A program made the position numbers and the translations under genes. Positions 17,457 to 28,017 of a stretch of DNA of 64,000 nt are shown one piece after another (positions within the stretch are counted from its first letter, which is position 1; each line of letters opens with the position of its first letter). The stretch covers positions 264 through 64,263 of the forward strand of contig CAXTAP010000001.1 of assembly GCA_964241965.1 (NCBI GenBank). Direction: 5' to 3'. The stretch is from an uncultured Mucilaginibacter sp. GTDB lineage: Bacteria > Bacteroidota > Bacteroidia > Sphingobacteriales > Sphingobacteriaceae. The notes below the pieces were generated by a model. That model did no database searches. It had not been told where the DNA came from and was given only the letters and a program-made list of their open reading frames with translations.

Positions 17457-20273
17457 ATGGATCGTCTCACTTATGTTAACAGCGGAAACGCCGCCTATAT
17501 AGACTCCCTTTACGATGCTTACCGTCAGGACCCTGAATCCGTTGATTACGGATGGCAGAAGTTTTTTGAGGGTTTTGATTTCGGGCAGGGGGCGCAGCCA
17601 TCGGCGCAGGCTCCTGATAATGCGGTTTCGGGTACGCCGGAGCACATTTTAAAGGAGATTAATGTGCTGAATATGATCAACGGTTACCGAGCGCGCGGCC
17701 ACCTCTTTACCAAAACCAACCCTGTGCGCGAGCGCCGCAGATATTATCCGGGCAAGGAACTGGAAACCTTCGGGCTGAGTGATGCCGACCTTGATACGGT
17801 GTTCAATGCCGGAGTAGAGATAGGCCTGGGCCCTGCCAAACTCAGCGCCATCCGCGATTTGCTGGAGGAAACCTATTGCCAGTCTATCGGCGCGGAGTAC
17901 CGCTACATCCGCAATCCGCATAAAATCAAATGGTTTGAGGACCGGATGGAAAAGAGCCGCAATATACCGCAATTCTCTACCAATGAAAAGCGCCGCATCT
18001 TAAATAAACTGAACCAGGCCGTTAGCTTTGAAAACTTTTTGGGTACCAAATTTTTAGGCCAGAAGCGTTTCTCGCTGGAAGGCGCCGAGTCGCTTATCCC
18101 GGCGCTGGATTCGGTGATTGAGAAAGGGTCGCAGTTAGGCATCCAGGAGTTTACCATCGGTATGGCTCACCGCGGCCGGTTAAACGTGCTTACCAACATT
18201 TTAGGTAAAACCTATAAAGAAGTTTTCTCGGAATTTGAGGGCAAGAATTATGATGCGGACACCTCCTTTGGCGGCGACGTAAAATATCACCTAGGTTACT
18301 CTACCGATGTGGAAACTACCGACGGCAAGAAAGTGCACCTCAGCCTTTGCCCCAACCCATCGCACCTCGAAACGGTTGACCCGATTGTAGAGGGCCTTAC
18401 CCGTGCCAAAATTGATGGCAAGTATCAGGGCGATGCCAAAAAAATTGCGCCGATACTGATACATGGCGATGCCTCCGTAGCCGGCCAGGGTATTGTATAT
18501 GAAGTTTTACAAATGGAAAAGCTGGACGGCTACCGCACCGGCGGCACTGTGCATCTGGTAATCAACAACCAGATTGGTTTTACCACCAATTATAAGGATG
18601 CCCGCTCCAGTACTTACTGTACTGATGTGGCCAAAACCGTACTGTCGCCCGTGCTGCACGTAAACGGCGATGACGTGGAGGCCGTAGTATATGTAGTGAA
18701 CCTGGCCATGGAGTACCGCCAGGAGTTTGACGAGGATGTGTTTATTGACCTGCTGTGCTACCGCCGGTATGGTCATAACGAGTCCGATGAGCCGAAGTTT
18801 ACGCAGCCGGTACTGTACAAGGCTATTGAGGCGCACCCTAACCCGCGCGAAATATACTACCAGAAGTTGCTGGCTCAGGGCGATGTGGATGCCAGCATGG
18901 CGAAGGAAATGGAAAAAAGCTTTCGCGATTTGCTGCAGGAAAAGCTGAATGAGTCAAAGCAGGAAGACCGCTTTACCGACAGCAAGCCTATGTTTGCCGG
19001 CGCCTGGGAAGGGCTGCACATTGCCACCGATGCCGAAATGCAGGCCCGGGCAGATACTCAGGTGCCCGAGCAGCAGCTGCTGGAAATAGGGCAGAAAATA
19101 ACCGATTTGCCTGCCGGCAAGGAGTACTTTAAAAAGATTGAAAAGCTGTTTGAGGATCGCCGCAAAATGGTGAACGAAACCCATGTTTTTGACTGGGCCA
19201 TGGGCGAACTGATGGCTTACGGCAGTTTGCTTGAGGAGGGTTTTCCGGTACGGTTAAGCGGCGAGGATGTAAAGCGGGGCACGTTCTCGCACCGCCATGC
19301 GGTAATTACCCTGCCCGATACCGACGAGGAATATACCCCGCTGGCTACCCTGCGCACTGAGGCTAAATTCAGCATTTATAACTCGCTGTTATCTGAGTAT
19401 GGTGTGCTGGGCTTTGAATATGGCTATGCACTGGCTTACCCGGATGCCCTGACCATTTGGGAGGCTCAGTTCGGCGATTTTGTGAACGGTGCGCAAATCA
19501 TCATTGACCAGTACATTGCCAGCGCTGAAACCAAATGGCAGCGCGGCAACGGCCTGGTGCTGTTGCTGCCGCATGGCTACGAAGGCCAGGGGCCAGAGCA
19601 CTCCTCGGCGCGGATTGAGCGCTTTATGGAGCTTTGCGCCGATAATAATATCCAGGTGGCAAACTGCACCACGCCGGCCAACTTCTTCCACATCCTGCGC
19701 CGCCAGCTGCACCGCGATTTCCGTAAGCCGCTGGTGGTATTTACGCCCAAGAGCGGGCTGCGCAACCCGCTGTGCGTTTCAAAGCTGGAGGAATTTACCC
19801 AGGGCGGTTTTCAGGAACTGATTGACGATGGTTACGCTGAGGCCGGCAAAGTAAGGCGCGTACTGTTCTGCACCGGTAAAATATATTATGATTTGCTGGA
19901 AAAGCAGCAAACCGATAAGCGCACTGATGTGGCCCTGATACGTATAGAACAGCTATACCCAACGCCGGTACAGCAAATGGAGGCCGTTAAGGCAAAATAC
20001 AGCAACGCCAAAGATTTTGTATGGGTGCAGGAAGAGCCTGAAAATATGGGAGCGTGGCCATACCTGTGCCGCAAGTTCCGCAAAAGCAGCCTGCAGCTGG
20101 ATGTAATTTCCCGCAAGGAGGGCGCCAGCACGGCTACAGGTTACGCCAAGCAGCATAACTCGCAGCAGCTGTACATTGTGGCCAAAGCCTTTGAGTCGGC
20201 CACGGCAGGCGAAAAGGTGAAGGAGTCGGTAAAGGAAACTACCAAGCAAATGGCTAAGGCCAATGCCGATTAA
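17457..20273 (+). CDS. sucA: 2-oxoglutarate dehydrogenase E1
   Basis: GQKRFSLEG, GMAHRGRLN, HGDAS, HGYEGQGPEHSSAR; TAATTTTG box at 17422-17429. Confidence 0.97.
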   Translation: MDRLTYVNSGNAAYIDSLYDAYRQDPESVDYGWQKFFEGFDFGQGAQPSAQAPDNAVSGTPEHILKEINVLNMINGYRARGHLFTKTNPVRERRRYYPGKELETFGLSDADLDTVFNAGVEIGLGPAKLSAIRDLLEETYCQSIGAEYRYIRNPHKIKWFEDRMEKSRNIPQFSTNEKRRILNKLNQAVSFENFLGTKFLGQKRFSLEGAESLIPALDSVIEKGSQLGIQEFTIGMAHRGRLNVLTNILGKTYKEVFSEFEGKNYDADTSFGGDVKYHLGYSTDVETTDGKKVHLSLCPNPSHLETVDPIVEGLTRAKIDGKYQGDAKKIAPILIHGDASVAGQGIVYEVLQMEKLDGYRTGGTVHLVINNQIGFTTNYKDARSSTYCTDVAKTVLSPVLHVNGDDVEAVVYVVNLAMEYRQEFDEDVFIDLLCYRRYGHNESDEPKFTQPVLYKAIEAHPNPREIYYQKLLAQGDVDASMAKEMEKSFRDLLQEKLNESKQEDRFTDSKPMFAGAWEGLHIATDAEMQARADTQVPEQQLLEIGQKITDLPAGKEYFKKIEKLFEDRRKMVNETHVFDWAMGELMAYGSLLEEGFPVRLSGEDVKRGTFSHRHAVITLPDTDEEYTPLATLRTEAKFSIYNSLLSEYGVLGFEYGYALAYPDALTIWEAQFGDFVNGAQIIIDQYIASAETKWQRGNGLVLLLPHGYEGQGPEHSSARIERFMELCADNNIQVANCTTPANFFHILRRQLHRDFRKPLVVFTPKSGLRNPLCVSKLEEFTQGGFQELIDDGYAEAGKVRRVLFCTGKIYYDLLEKQQTDKRTDVALIRIEQLYPTPVQQMEAVKAKYSNAKDFVWVQEEPENMGAWPYLCRKFRKSSLQLDVISRKEGASTATGYAKQHNSQQLYIVAKAFESATAGEKVKESVKETTKQMAKANAD

Positions 20274-20282
20274 GCTGCAACC

Positions 20283-20361
20283 GTCATTTCGAACGATAGC
20301 GAGAAATCTTCTACTGCATATTTGTCGCGCTAAGCAGATTTTCACTATCGTTCGAAATGAC
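20283..20361. repeat. GTCAT...ATGAC-type palindromic element, copy 2, between sucA and sucB
   Basis: GTCATTTCGAACGATAG ... CTATCGTTCGAAATGAC perfect 17-bp arms, extending imperfectly inward. Confidence 0.8.
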
Positions 20362-20431
20362 AGAGTAAGTAATAAAGATTTATAGCAGCCCGATCAAAGG
20401 GCTCTCAACATAACCTACAACTAATTCAAAA

Positions 20432-22024
20432 ATGAGTTTAGAAATAAAAGTTCCGCCGGTAGGCGAATCCATTACCGAGGTAACGCTGTCGCGCTGGATA
20501 AAAAAACAAGGTGATGCCGTAGCGATGGACGAAGTGATTGCCGAACTGGAATCGGACAAGGCCACCTTTGAACTGACTGCCGAACAGGCCGGAACTTTAA
20601 ATACCGTAGCCAATGAGGGCGATACCCTGCCCATTGGCGCCGTAGTTGCCAAAATTGAGGACGGCGGCGCAGCTGCCCCCGCACCGGCCGCCCGGCCTGC
20701 CGCTGCCGAAGCTGCGCCGGCCGCACCGCAGCCGCAAGCGGAGGCGCCGGCTGCCGCAGGCAAGAGCATTGAAATTAAGGTGCCGCCGGTGGGCGAGTCT
20801 ATCACGGAGGTTACGCTGTCGCGCTGGATCAAGAAGGATGGCGAGCAGGTAGCCATGGATGAGGCCATCGCCGAACTGGAATCAGACAAAGCTACCTTTG
20901 AACTGACTGCCGAAAGTGCAGGTACGCTGAAAACGATGGCTAATGAGGGCGATACTCTGCCCATCGGCGCGGTGGTTTGCGCCATTACAACGGGCGCTGC
21001 CGCTGCATCGCCGCAGCCGCAAGCCCAGGCACCTGCTGTTCAGCAACCGGTTAAAAACTCATCAGCATCGGGTTACGCAGCCGGCACGCCATCACCGGCG
21101 GCAGGTAAAATATTAGCCGAAAAGGGCGTAAACAGCGCTGCCGTTAACGGCACCGGCGTGGGCGGCCGCATCACCAAAGAGGATGCCCTGAACGCCCAGG
21201 CAGGAACAAAGGGCAGCGATGCCGGAACGGTGCAGCCTTCGGCCTCGCCGAAATCAGTGCAGTCGCCGGCTTCATCAGCGCCGCAGGTGGTGCCGCAAAC
21301 GGCACAATCCGGCCCGACAGGTACCCGAGGCGAGCGCCGCGAAAAAATGTCGTCGCTGCGCAAAACGGTGGCTAAGCGTTTGGTAGCTGTCAAAAATGAA
21401 ACCGCCATGCTCACTACCTTTAACGAGGTGGATATGCAGCCCATTATGGACCTGCGCGGTAAGTACAAGGATAAGTTTAAGGAGAAATATGGCGTAGGGC
21501 TGGGCTTCATGTCCTTCTTTACCAAGGCGGTTACCGAGGCCCTGAAGGAGTGGCCCGCCGTGGGTGCCCGCATTGAGGGCGAAGAAGTGATTTACAGCAA
21601 TTATGCTGATATTTCCATCGCCGTGTCGGCCCCTAAGGGGCTGGTGGTTCCGGTTATCCGCAATGCGGATGCCCTGACGCTGGCCGAAATTGAAAAGGCC
21701 GTTGTGGTACTGGCCGGCAAGGCCCGCGAAAACAAGCTGACCATAGAGGACATGACCGGCGGTACGTTTACCATTACCAACGGCGGCGTATTCGGCTCCA
21801 TGCTTTCCACCCCGATCATCAATGCGCCGCAATCGGCCATTTTAGGGATGCACAACATTATTGAGCGCCCGGTGGCTGTAAACGGCCAGGTGGTGATCCG
21901 CCCGATGATGTATATTGCCCTGTCGTACGATCACCGCATTGTGGACGGCCGCGAATCGGTAAGCTTCCTGGTCCGCGTAAAGCAACTGCTCGAGGACCCG
22001 GCCAGGCTGCTGTTAGGCGTATAA
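20432..22024 (+). CDS. sucB: Dihydrolipoamide succinyltransferase E2 with two lipoyl domains
   Basis: Two ELESDKA lipoyl motifs; GRITKED binding domain; YDHRIVDG catalytic motif. Confidence 0.97.
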   Translation: MSLEIKVPPVGESITEVTLSRWIKKQGDAVAMDEVIAELESDKATFELTAEQAGTLNTVANEGDTLPIGAVVAKIEDGGAAAPAPAARPAAAEAAPAAPQPQAEAPAAAGKSIEIKVPPVGESITEVTLSRWIKKDGEQVAMDEAIAELESDKATFELTAESAGTLKTMANEGDTLPIGAVVCAITTGAAAASPQPQAQAPAVQQPVKNSSASGYAAGTPSPAAGKILAEKGVNSAAVNGTGVGGRITKEDALNAQAGTKGSDAGTVQPSASPKSVQSPASSAPQVVPQTAQSGPTGTRGERREKMSSLRKTVAKRLVAVKNETAMLTTFNEVDMQPIMDLRGKYKDKFKEKYGVGLGFMSFFTKAVTEALKEWPAVGARIEGEEVIYSNYADISIAVSAPKGLVVPVIRNADALTLAEIEKAVVVLAGKARENKLTIEDMTGGTFTITNGGVFGSMLSTPIINAPQSAILGMHNIIERPVAVNGQVVIRPMMYIALSYDHRIVDGRESVSFLVRVKQLLEDPARLLLGV

Positions 22025-22046
22025 GTTGCGATAGAAGATTACAGAT

Positions 22047-22070
22047 AACCCGGTGATAAGCCGGGTTTTC
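22047..22070 (+). terminator. Intrinsic terminator after sucB
   Basis: AACCCGG-N7-CCGGGTTTT. Confidence 0.6.
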
Positions 22071-22100
22071 TGTTAATGAGTTGTTTTCTCTTGCTCCTGA

Positions 22101-22302
22101 AAGCGTCCCGCTTGTGGTCTGTGCTTTTTCAACTGCAGAATGTTCAACAGCTTATTTTTAACCACAAGCGGGACGCTTGCGGGAGCAAGAGAGCAAGAAA
22201 TAAGACATAAATTCGCTTGATTAAAGCAGAATATATTAAGCTGGATATTCTTTCCTCTATATTTGCTTCCTATAACCGCTACCGCAAGCGTCTCGCTTGT
22301 GG
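22101..22302. repeat. REP palindromes upstream of the RAYT gene (copies at 22101-22118, 22161-22182, 22282-22302)
   Basis: Consensus CCACAAGCG-(G/A)GA-CGCTTGCGG in alternating orientation. Confidence 0.85.
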
Positions 22303-22333
22303 CCGCTGTACAGAGCCGGTATAAAACAGCCAA

Positions 22334-22879
22334 ATGAGCAGGAACTATAAATTTCATAATGCTGAAGGGTTATATTTTGTAAGTTTCGCTACTGTTTTCT
22401 GGATCGATGTGTTGGTGAGGCGCGAATACTTTGAATGCCTTGTTAACAACCTGAATTATTGCACAGAGCAAAAGGGCATGGAGATTCATGCCTGGTGCCT
22501 GATGCCAAGCCATGTGCATCTGGTTTTCAGGTCGGTTAAGCAAAAGCCGGAGGATTTGCTCAGGGACTTTAAATCATATACCTCAAAGGAACTGATTCAA
22601 CTGATTCATGATAATCCGCAGGAGAGCCGGAAGGAATGGCTGCTGAACTCCTTTATCAAGGCAGGTCAGCGTAATCCTAATAATACCGGCAACCAGTTCT
22701 GGCAGCAGCATAATCAGCCGGTAGAACTGTGGAGCAGCGAGGTTATACAGCAAAAGATTGATTATATTCATCAAAACCCAGTAGCGGCAGGTTTTGTGGA
22801 GCAGGATTTTGAATAACTGCATAGCAGCGCCAGAGACTATGCCGGCTGGAAAGGATTAGTTAACATCGTTGTCGCTTAA
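22334..22879 (+). pseudogene. REP-associated tyrosine transposase (RAYT, Y1/HUH) with premature TAA at 22814-22816
   Basis: YFVSF, CLMPSHVHL (HUH), FWQ, YIHQNPV; the frame continues after the stop as LHSSARDYAGWKGLV to TAA at 22877. Confidence 0.85.
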
Positions 22880-22895
22880 TGAACCTGGCCGTTTT

Positions 22896-23041
22896 ACCAC
22901 AAGCGGGACGCTTGCGGCAGCGGGGGGCATTATACCGTCAGGATTTTTATTTAAACAATTCTCAGGTGATTAAACATTTAGAAGTTAACCAGCATATAAC
23001 GGTTTATGAGTTGTACAACAGCCACAGGACGCTTGCGGTAG
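22896..23041. repeat. REP palindromes downstream of the RAYT gene (22896-22923; internally deleted copy at 23022-23041)
   Basis: ACCACAAGCGGGACGCTTGCGGCAGCGG and CCACA--GGACGCTTGCGGTAG. Confidence 0.8.
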
Positions 23042-23050
23042 AGAGAGAAA

Positions 23051-24010
23051 TTAAGGTTTAATTGGATCGGCGGCTGACCACCCTTGTAACTTAAAATCTT
23101 TTACATCATAAATCACGTTATGACCTAAGCTCTCTCCTAAAGTGTGAATAAAAGCTTCTGGTTTAATTATCAAGTGAAAAGCATTAGCCCCAAATAAAGG
23201 CGGTAAATACAAATCTTTGTTGACAACTCTCATTCTCTGAATTAAAGCAAATGGACCGTCAAAATTTATCGCGCCACCTTTATTTTTATAACCGTCAAAC
23301 CATTCTTGATAATCTTTAATGTTTGCAGGTATAGTATTTTGCTTTATATAAAAAACAAAATACTTTTCAAATCTTTCTTTTTCTTCAACTTGCTTTTTTG
23401 TTGATTCTGTATAAAAATCAGAACGTGTTTTAAGTGAATGTTGTAAATAATTATTTTCTGATTCGAGTTTTTTGTTTTGATGAATAAGCTCGTCATTAGG
23501 TATATCGTTACTTCGAGCCCAGCCCTTTCTTGGGAACTGCCTTATTACTAAAGGTAATGATGTTGCTAAAGCGTTAGTTAATTCTTCATTTGTTTTCCAA
23601 AATTTAACTATTCTTCCTTTCTTTGTCTTTTCATAAAATTTTTCTAGCTTCTTTTTTGAACTGACTTTTGACTCATGATGTTCGGCTGGTATAGTTCCAA
23701 TATCACTATGCACTATTGAGATTATTGGTACGTTTGTTTCTTTAGCATAGTCAAATTCAAGTTCTGTATAGCTCAAACCTGTTTTTGAGTCAATAGTTCC
23801 ATATTTTGCAGCAAGAATTAATACGTAATAATCGCTTTCATCAATTTTTCTTTTAATATATTTAAATTGTTCTTCATCAATAGCAGGAAAGTATTCCATA
23901 CCTACAGGTATGCAGTCAGACTCTAAAATTGTCATTAATGCCTTTTCTCTTTCAGTCCTCAAATCGTTGAATGTAGAACTTACAAATACTTGATATTTTT
24001 TATCCGTCAT
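23051..24010 (-). CDS. DUF4062 domain protein, AT-rich
   Basis: KKYQVFVSSTFNDL...ER...PVGME-x-F...SDYYVLIL-x2-KYG...SYTELEFDYA. Confidence 0.88.
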   Translation of the reverse strand: MTDKKYQVFVSSTFNDLRTEREKALMTILESDCIPVGMEYFPAIDEEQFKYIKRKIDESDYYVLILAAKYGTIDSKTGLSYTELEFDYAKETNVPIISIVHSDIGTIPAEHHESKVSSKKKLEKFYEKTKKGRIVKFWKTNEELTNALATSLPLVIRQFPRKGWARSNDIPNDELIHQNKKLESENNYLQHSLKTRSDFYTESTKKQVEEKERFEKYFVFYIKQNTIPANIKDYQEWFDGYKNKGGAINFDGPFALIQRMRVVNKDLYLPPLFGANAFHLIIKPEAFIHTLGESLGHNVIYDVKDFKLQGWSAADPIKP

Positions 24011-24481
24011 TGCTTGAAAATTAATATCAAAATTATTTAATAATGGCAAAAATTAATACATTGTACCCAAAATAAATTTTCTTAATTCGTTGGTTTATAT
24101 ATTTCCGCAGGGCCAATTCAAACTAAGTAGTTCCATCTATCATTCGAGTGCCAACCTATGCCACAGACGTTGATCCCATAATTGACACAATCCCGTCACC
24201 CTATCTACGTAAATAAAAAGGCATAAACGGTTATTTCGCATCAGTAAGGGAAGTGATGATGCCTGCAAAGCGGCCATACTATTGTCCCAATTGTCCCGCA
24301 AAACACAGTTGGGGCAAAATCAGGGCTAAAAGCTGCGTTTTAATATACGCCATAGCGGATTCTGTTACCCCAAACAGGCAGTAAATGCGGGCTAATAACC
24401 TGCTGAGTTAACGCTCGGCAAACATTATCCGGCCTCCGCTGCTTATAGGTGTGGTAGTACACCATAACCAGTAAGGCAGCC

Positions 24482-24727
24482 ATGAGTAAATACCAGGAAG
24501 GACAAAAGGTGCAAACCCCCGACGGCGCAGGCAAGGTAGCCGCCGACCAGATTGACGAGCAGGTATATGTGCTGCTTACCGATACCGGCAGCATGGAAAC
24601 CTTCCACGAGGGCGAAATCAGCGCAGACACCACGCCCGAAGATGCCGGCCCCAAATTAACCGGCGGCGACAGCTTCGATTTTGATAATTTCCTGGAGGAG
24701 GAAAACAAGCCTAAGGATGATTATTGA
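24482..24727 (+). CDS. Small acidic hypothetical protein (KOW/SH3-like N-terminus)
   Basis: 81-aa ORF with host-like codon usage; YQEGQKVQTPDGAGKV; acidic tail. Confidence 0.6.
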   Translation: MSKYQEGQKVQTPDGAGKVAADQIDEQVYVLLTDTGSMETFHEGEISADTTPEDAGPKLTGGDSFDFDNFLEEENKPKDDY

Positions 24728-24822
24728 TGGAGCGGGTTCAAGTCCCCTTACTCTTTTGCAGGTAGCCTGCCAGGTATAAATCAGGAATTTAATTTTTGTT
24801 ATTAATACCGCTATATTAGCTT

Positions 24823-26187
<1,365 letters not shown>

Positions 26188-26509
26188 AGGCAAAGTGCAC
26201 AGTAATACATCGCCACGAATGAGGTTGACCGCCGCAACCCGCGGCTATAGAAACAGAACCTGCTCCGCAATAACCCAAATACTCCAATGGGTGGCTGCCT
26301 AAGCGCAGCGGCTACAGGTTTTTTATAGTTAATGCTTTTACCTGTACCGCTTTCGCACAGCTTGTTTGTAAATTTAGCTTAATCATTTTTCTTATAAGTA
26401 TATTCATTATTAGTTAATTAGTTACTATATTGGGTGCACCAATATATAAAAGGCAAGCCTTTGCCCGGCAACTGTTTCCTGATTATACGCTGTATTAAAA
26501 TAAGAGAAT

Positions 26510-27904
26510 ATGTCATCAGATAGAAGAAATTTTTTAAAGCATTTTGGAGGCGCCATATTGCTTACCTCTGCTTCATTAACCAGTCTGGCCGCACAGGAAG
26601 ATTATGAGCGCCGCCTGCTGCAGGCCGAAAAGCGCATCAGCGCCAATGATAAAATCCGCATAGCCGCTATCGGCATGGGCATTATGGGCTTTAACGATGT
26701 AAAAGCTGCCCTTACCGTGCCCGGCGTTGAACTGGTAGCCTGCTGCGATTTGTACAAGGGCCGCCTGCAGCGTGCCAGAGAATTGTTCGGCAAGGATATT
26801 TACACCACCGGCAATTACGAGGAACTGCTGGACCGCAAGGATATTGATGCCGTTATTATTGCCACCAGCGATAACTGGCACAGCACTATTGCCAAAGCGG
26901 CCATGCGCAAGGGCAAGGCTGTTTACAGCGAAAAACCGATGGTGCACTACATCAGCGAGGGGCTCGACGAGATCAAGACCCAGCAGGAAACCAAGGCTGT
27001 TTTTCAGGTAGGCAGCCAGCGCATCAGCAGTATGGCTTACCAGAAGGCCAAGGAGCTTTACAAATCAGGCGCTATCGGCGAAATCAATACTATTCAGGCC
27101 TCCTTTAACCGGCAGAGCGCACTGGGCGCCTGGCAGTACACCATTCCGCTGGATGCCTCTGCACAAACGGTGGACTGGAACCGGTTTCAGGCCAATGAGA
27201 AGCTGAAACATGCGTATGATAGCAACCGCTTTTTCAGGTGGCGTAATTACAGGGAATATGGTACCGGCGTTGCCGGCGATTTATTTGTGCATCTGCTTAC
27301 CGGTATTCACTTTATTACGGACTCAAAGGGCCCGGACAAGATTTTCTCTATCGGCAACCTTACCTACTGGAAGGATGGCCGCAACGTGCCCGATGTAATG
27401 AGCGCCGTTATCCATTACCCTCAAACCAAGGAGCATCCATCTTTTGAGGTGAACCTGCAGGTTGACTTTATCAGCGGCGAGGGCGATTACTCTACCACCA
27501 AGATTATCGGATCAGAAGGGGTGATTAACCTGTTCGGCGAGGGCGACGGCTTTACCATTGTAAAGAACAAGATGCCTAATGCACCGGGCATAGGCGGCTG
27601 GGACGCTTTATACACCTATCCGGAAGCTATGCAAAAGGAACTGATGGCTAAGTATGACCTGAAGTACACTTCTGCCGACAAGATAGCGCCTAAGTTAGAC
27701 GGGGTTAAATATGAGGCTCCGAATGGTTACAATGCCTCTAATGACCATTTCGCCAATTTTATGGATGCCATACGCCATGGCAGGCCGGTTACTGAAAATG
27801 CCGAATTCGGTTTCCGGGCAGCAGCGCCTGCATTAGCCTGTAACGACAGCTATTTTGAAAATAAGATTATACATTGGGACGCGGCAAACATGCGGCTGGT
27901 ATAA
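26510..27904 (+). CDS. Gfo/Idh/MocA family oxidoreductase with Tat signal
   Basis: SDRRNFLK twin-arginine signal; IGMGIMG; YSEKP; QVGSQR. Confidence 0.9.
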   Translation: MSSDRRNFLKHFGGAILLTSASLTSLAAQEDYERRLLQAEKRISANDKIRIAAIGMGIMGFNDVKAALTVPGVELVACCDLYKGRLQRARELFGKDIYTTGNYEELLDRKDIDAVIIATSDNWHSTIAKAAMRKGKAVYSEKPMVHYISEGLDEIKTQQETKAVFQVGSQRISSMAYQKAKELYKSGAIGEINTIQASFNRQSALGAWQYTIPLDASAQTVDWNRFQANEKLKHAYDSNRFFRWRNYREYGTGVAGDLFVHLLTGIHFITDSKGPDKIFSIGNLTYWKDGRNVPDVMSAVIHYPQTKEHPSFEVNLQVDFISGEGDYSTTKIIGSEGVINLFGEGDGFTIVKNKMPNAPGIGGWDALYTYPEAMQKELMAKYDLKYTSADKIAPKLDGVKYEAPNGYNASNDHFANFMDAIRHGRPVTENAEFGFRAAAPALACNDSYFENKIIHWDAANMRLV

Positions 27905-28017
27905 AGGCGCATCAACCATACTACTGAACATTGAGGCGACTGATAAACACAAGCGGAAAGGCAATAATTTGAATACCCTGACAGCCTTAACGCCCGAAGC
28001 GTTATATTAGCCGCCTT

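Noticed and set aside
20432-20980. Long direct DNA repeat inside sucB
   Set aside because: Explained by the two tandem lipoyl domains, which are common in Bacteroidetes E2 subunits.
22101-23041. REP copies read as a CRISPR array
   Set aside because: Orientation alternates, spacing is irregular, and the copies flank a RAYT gene.
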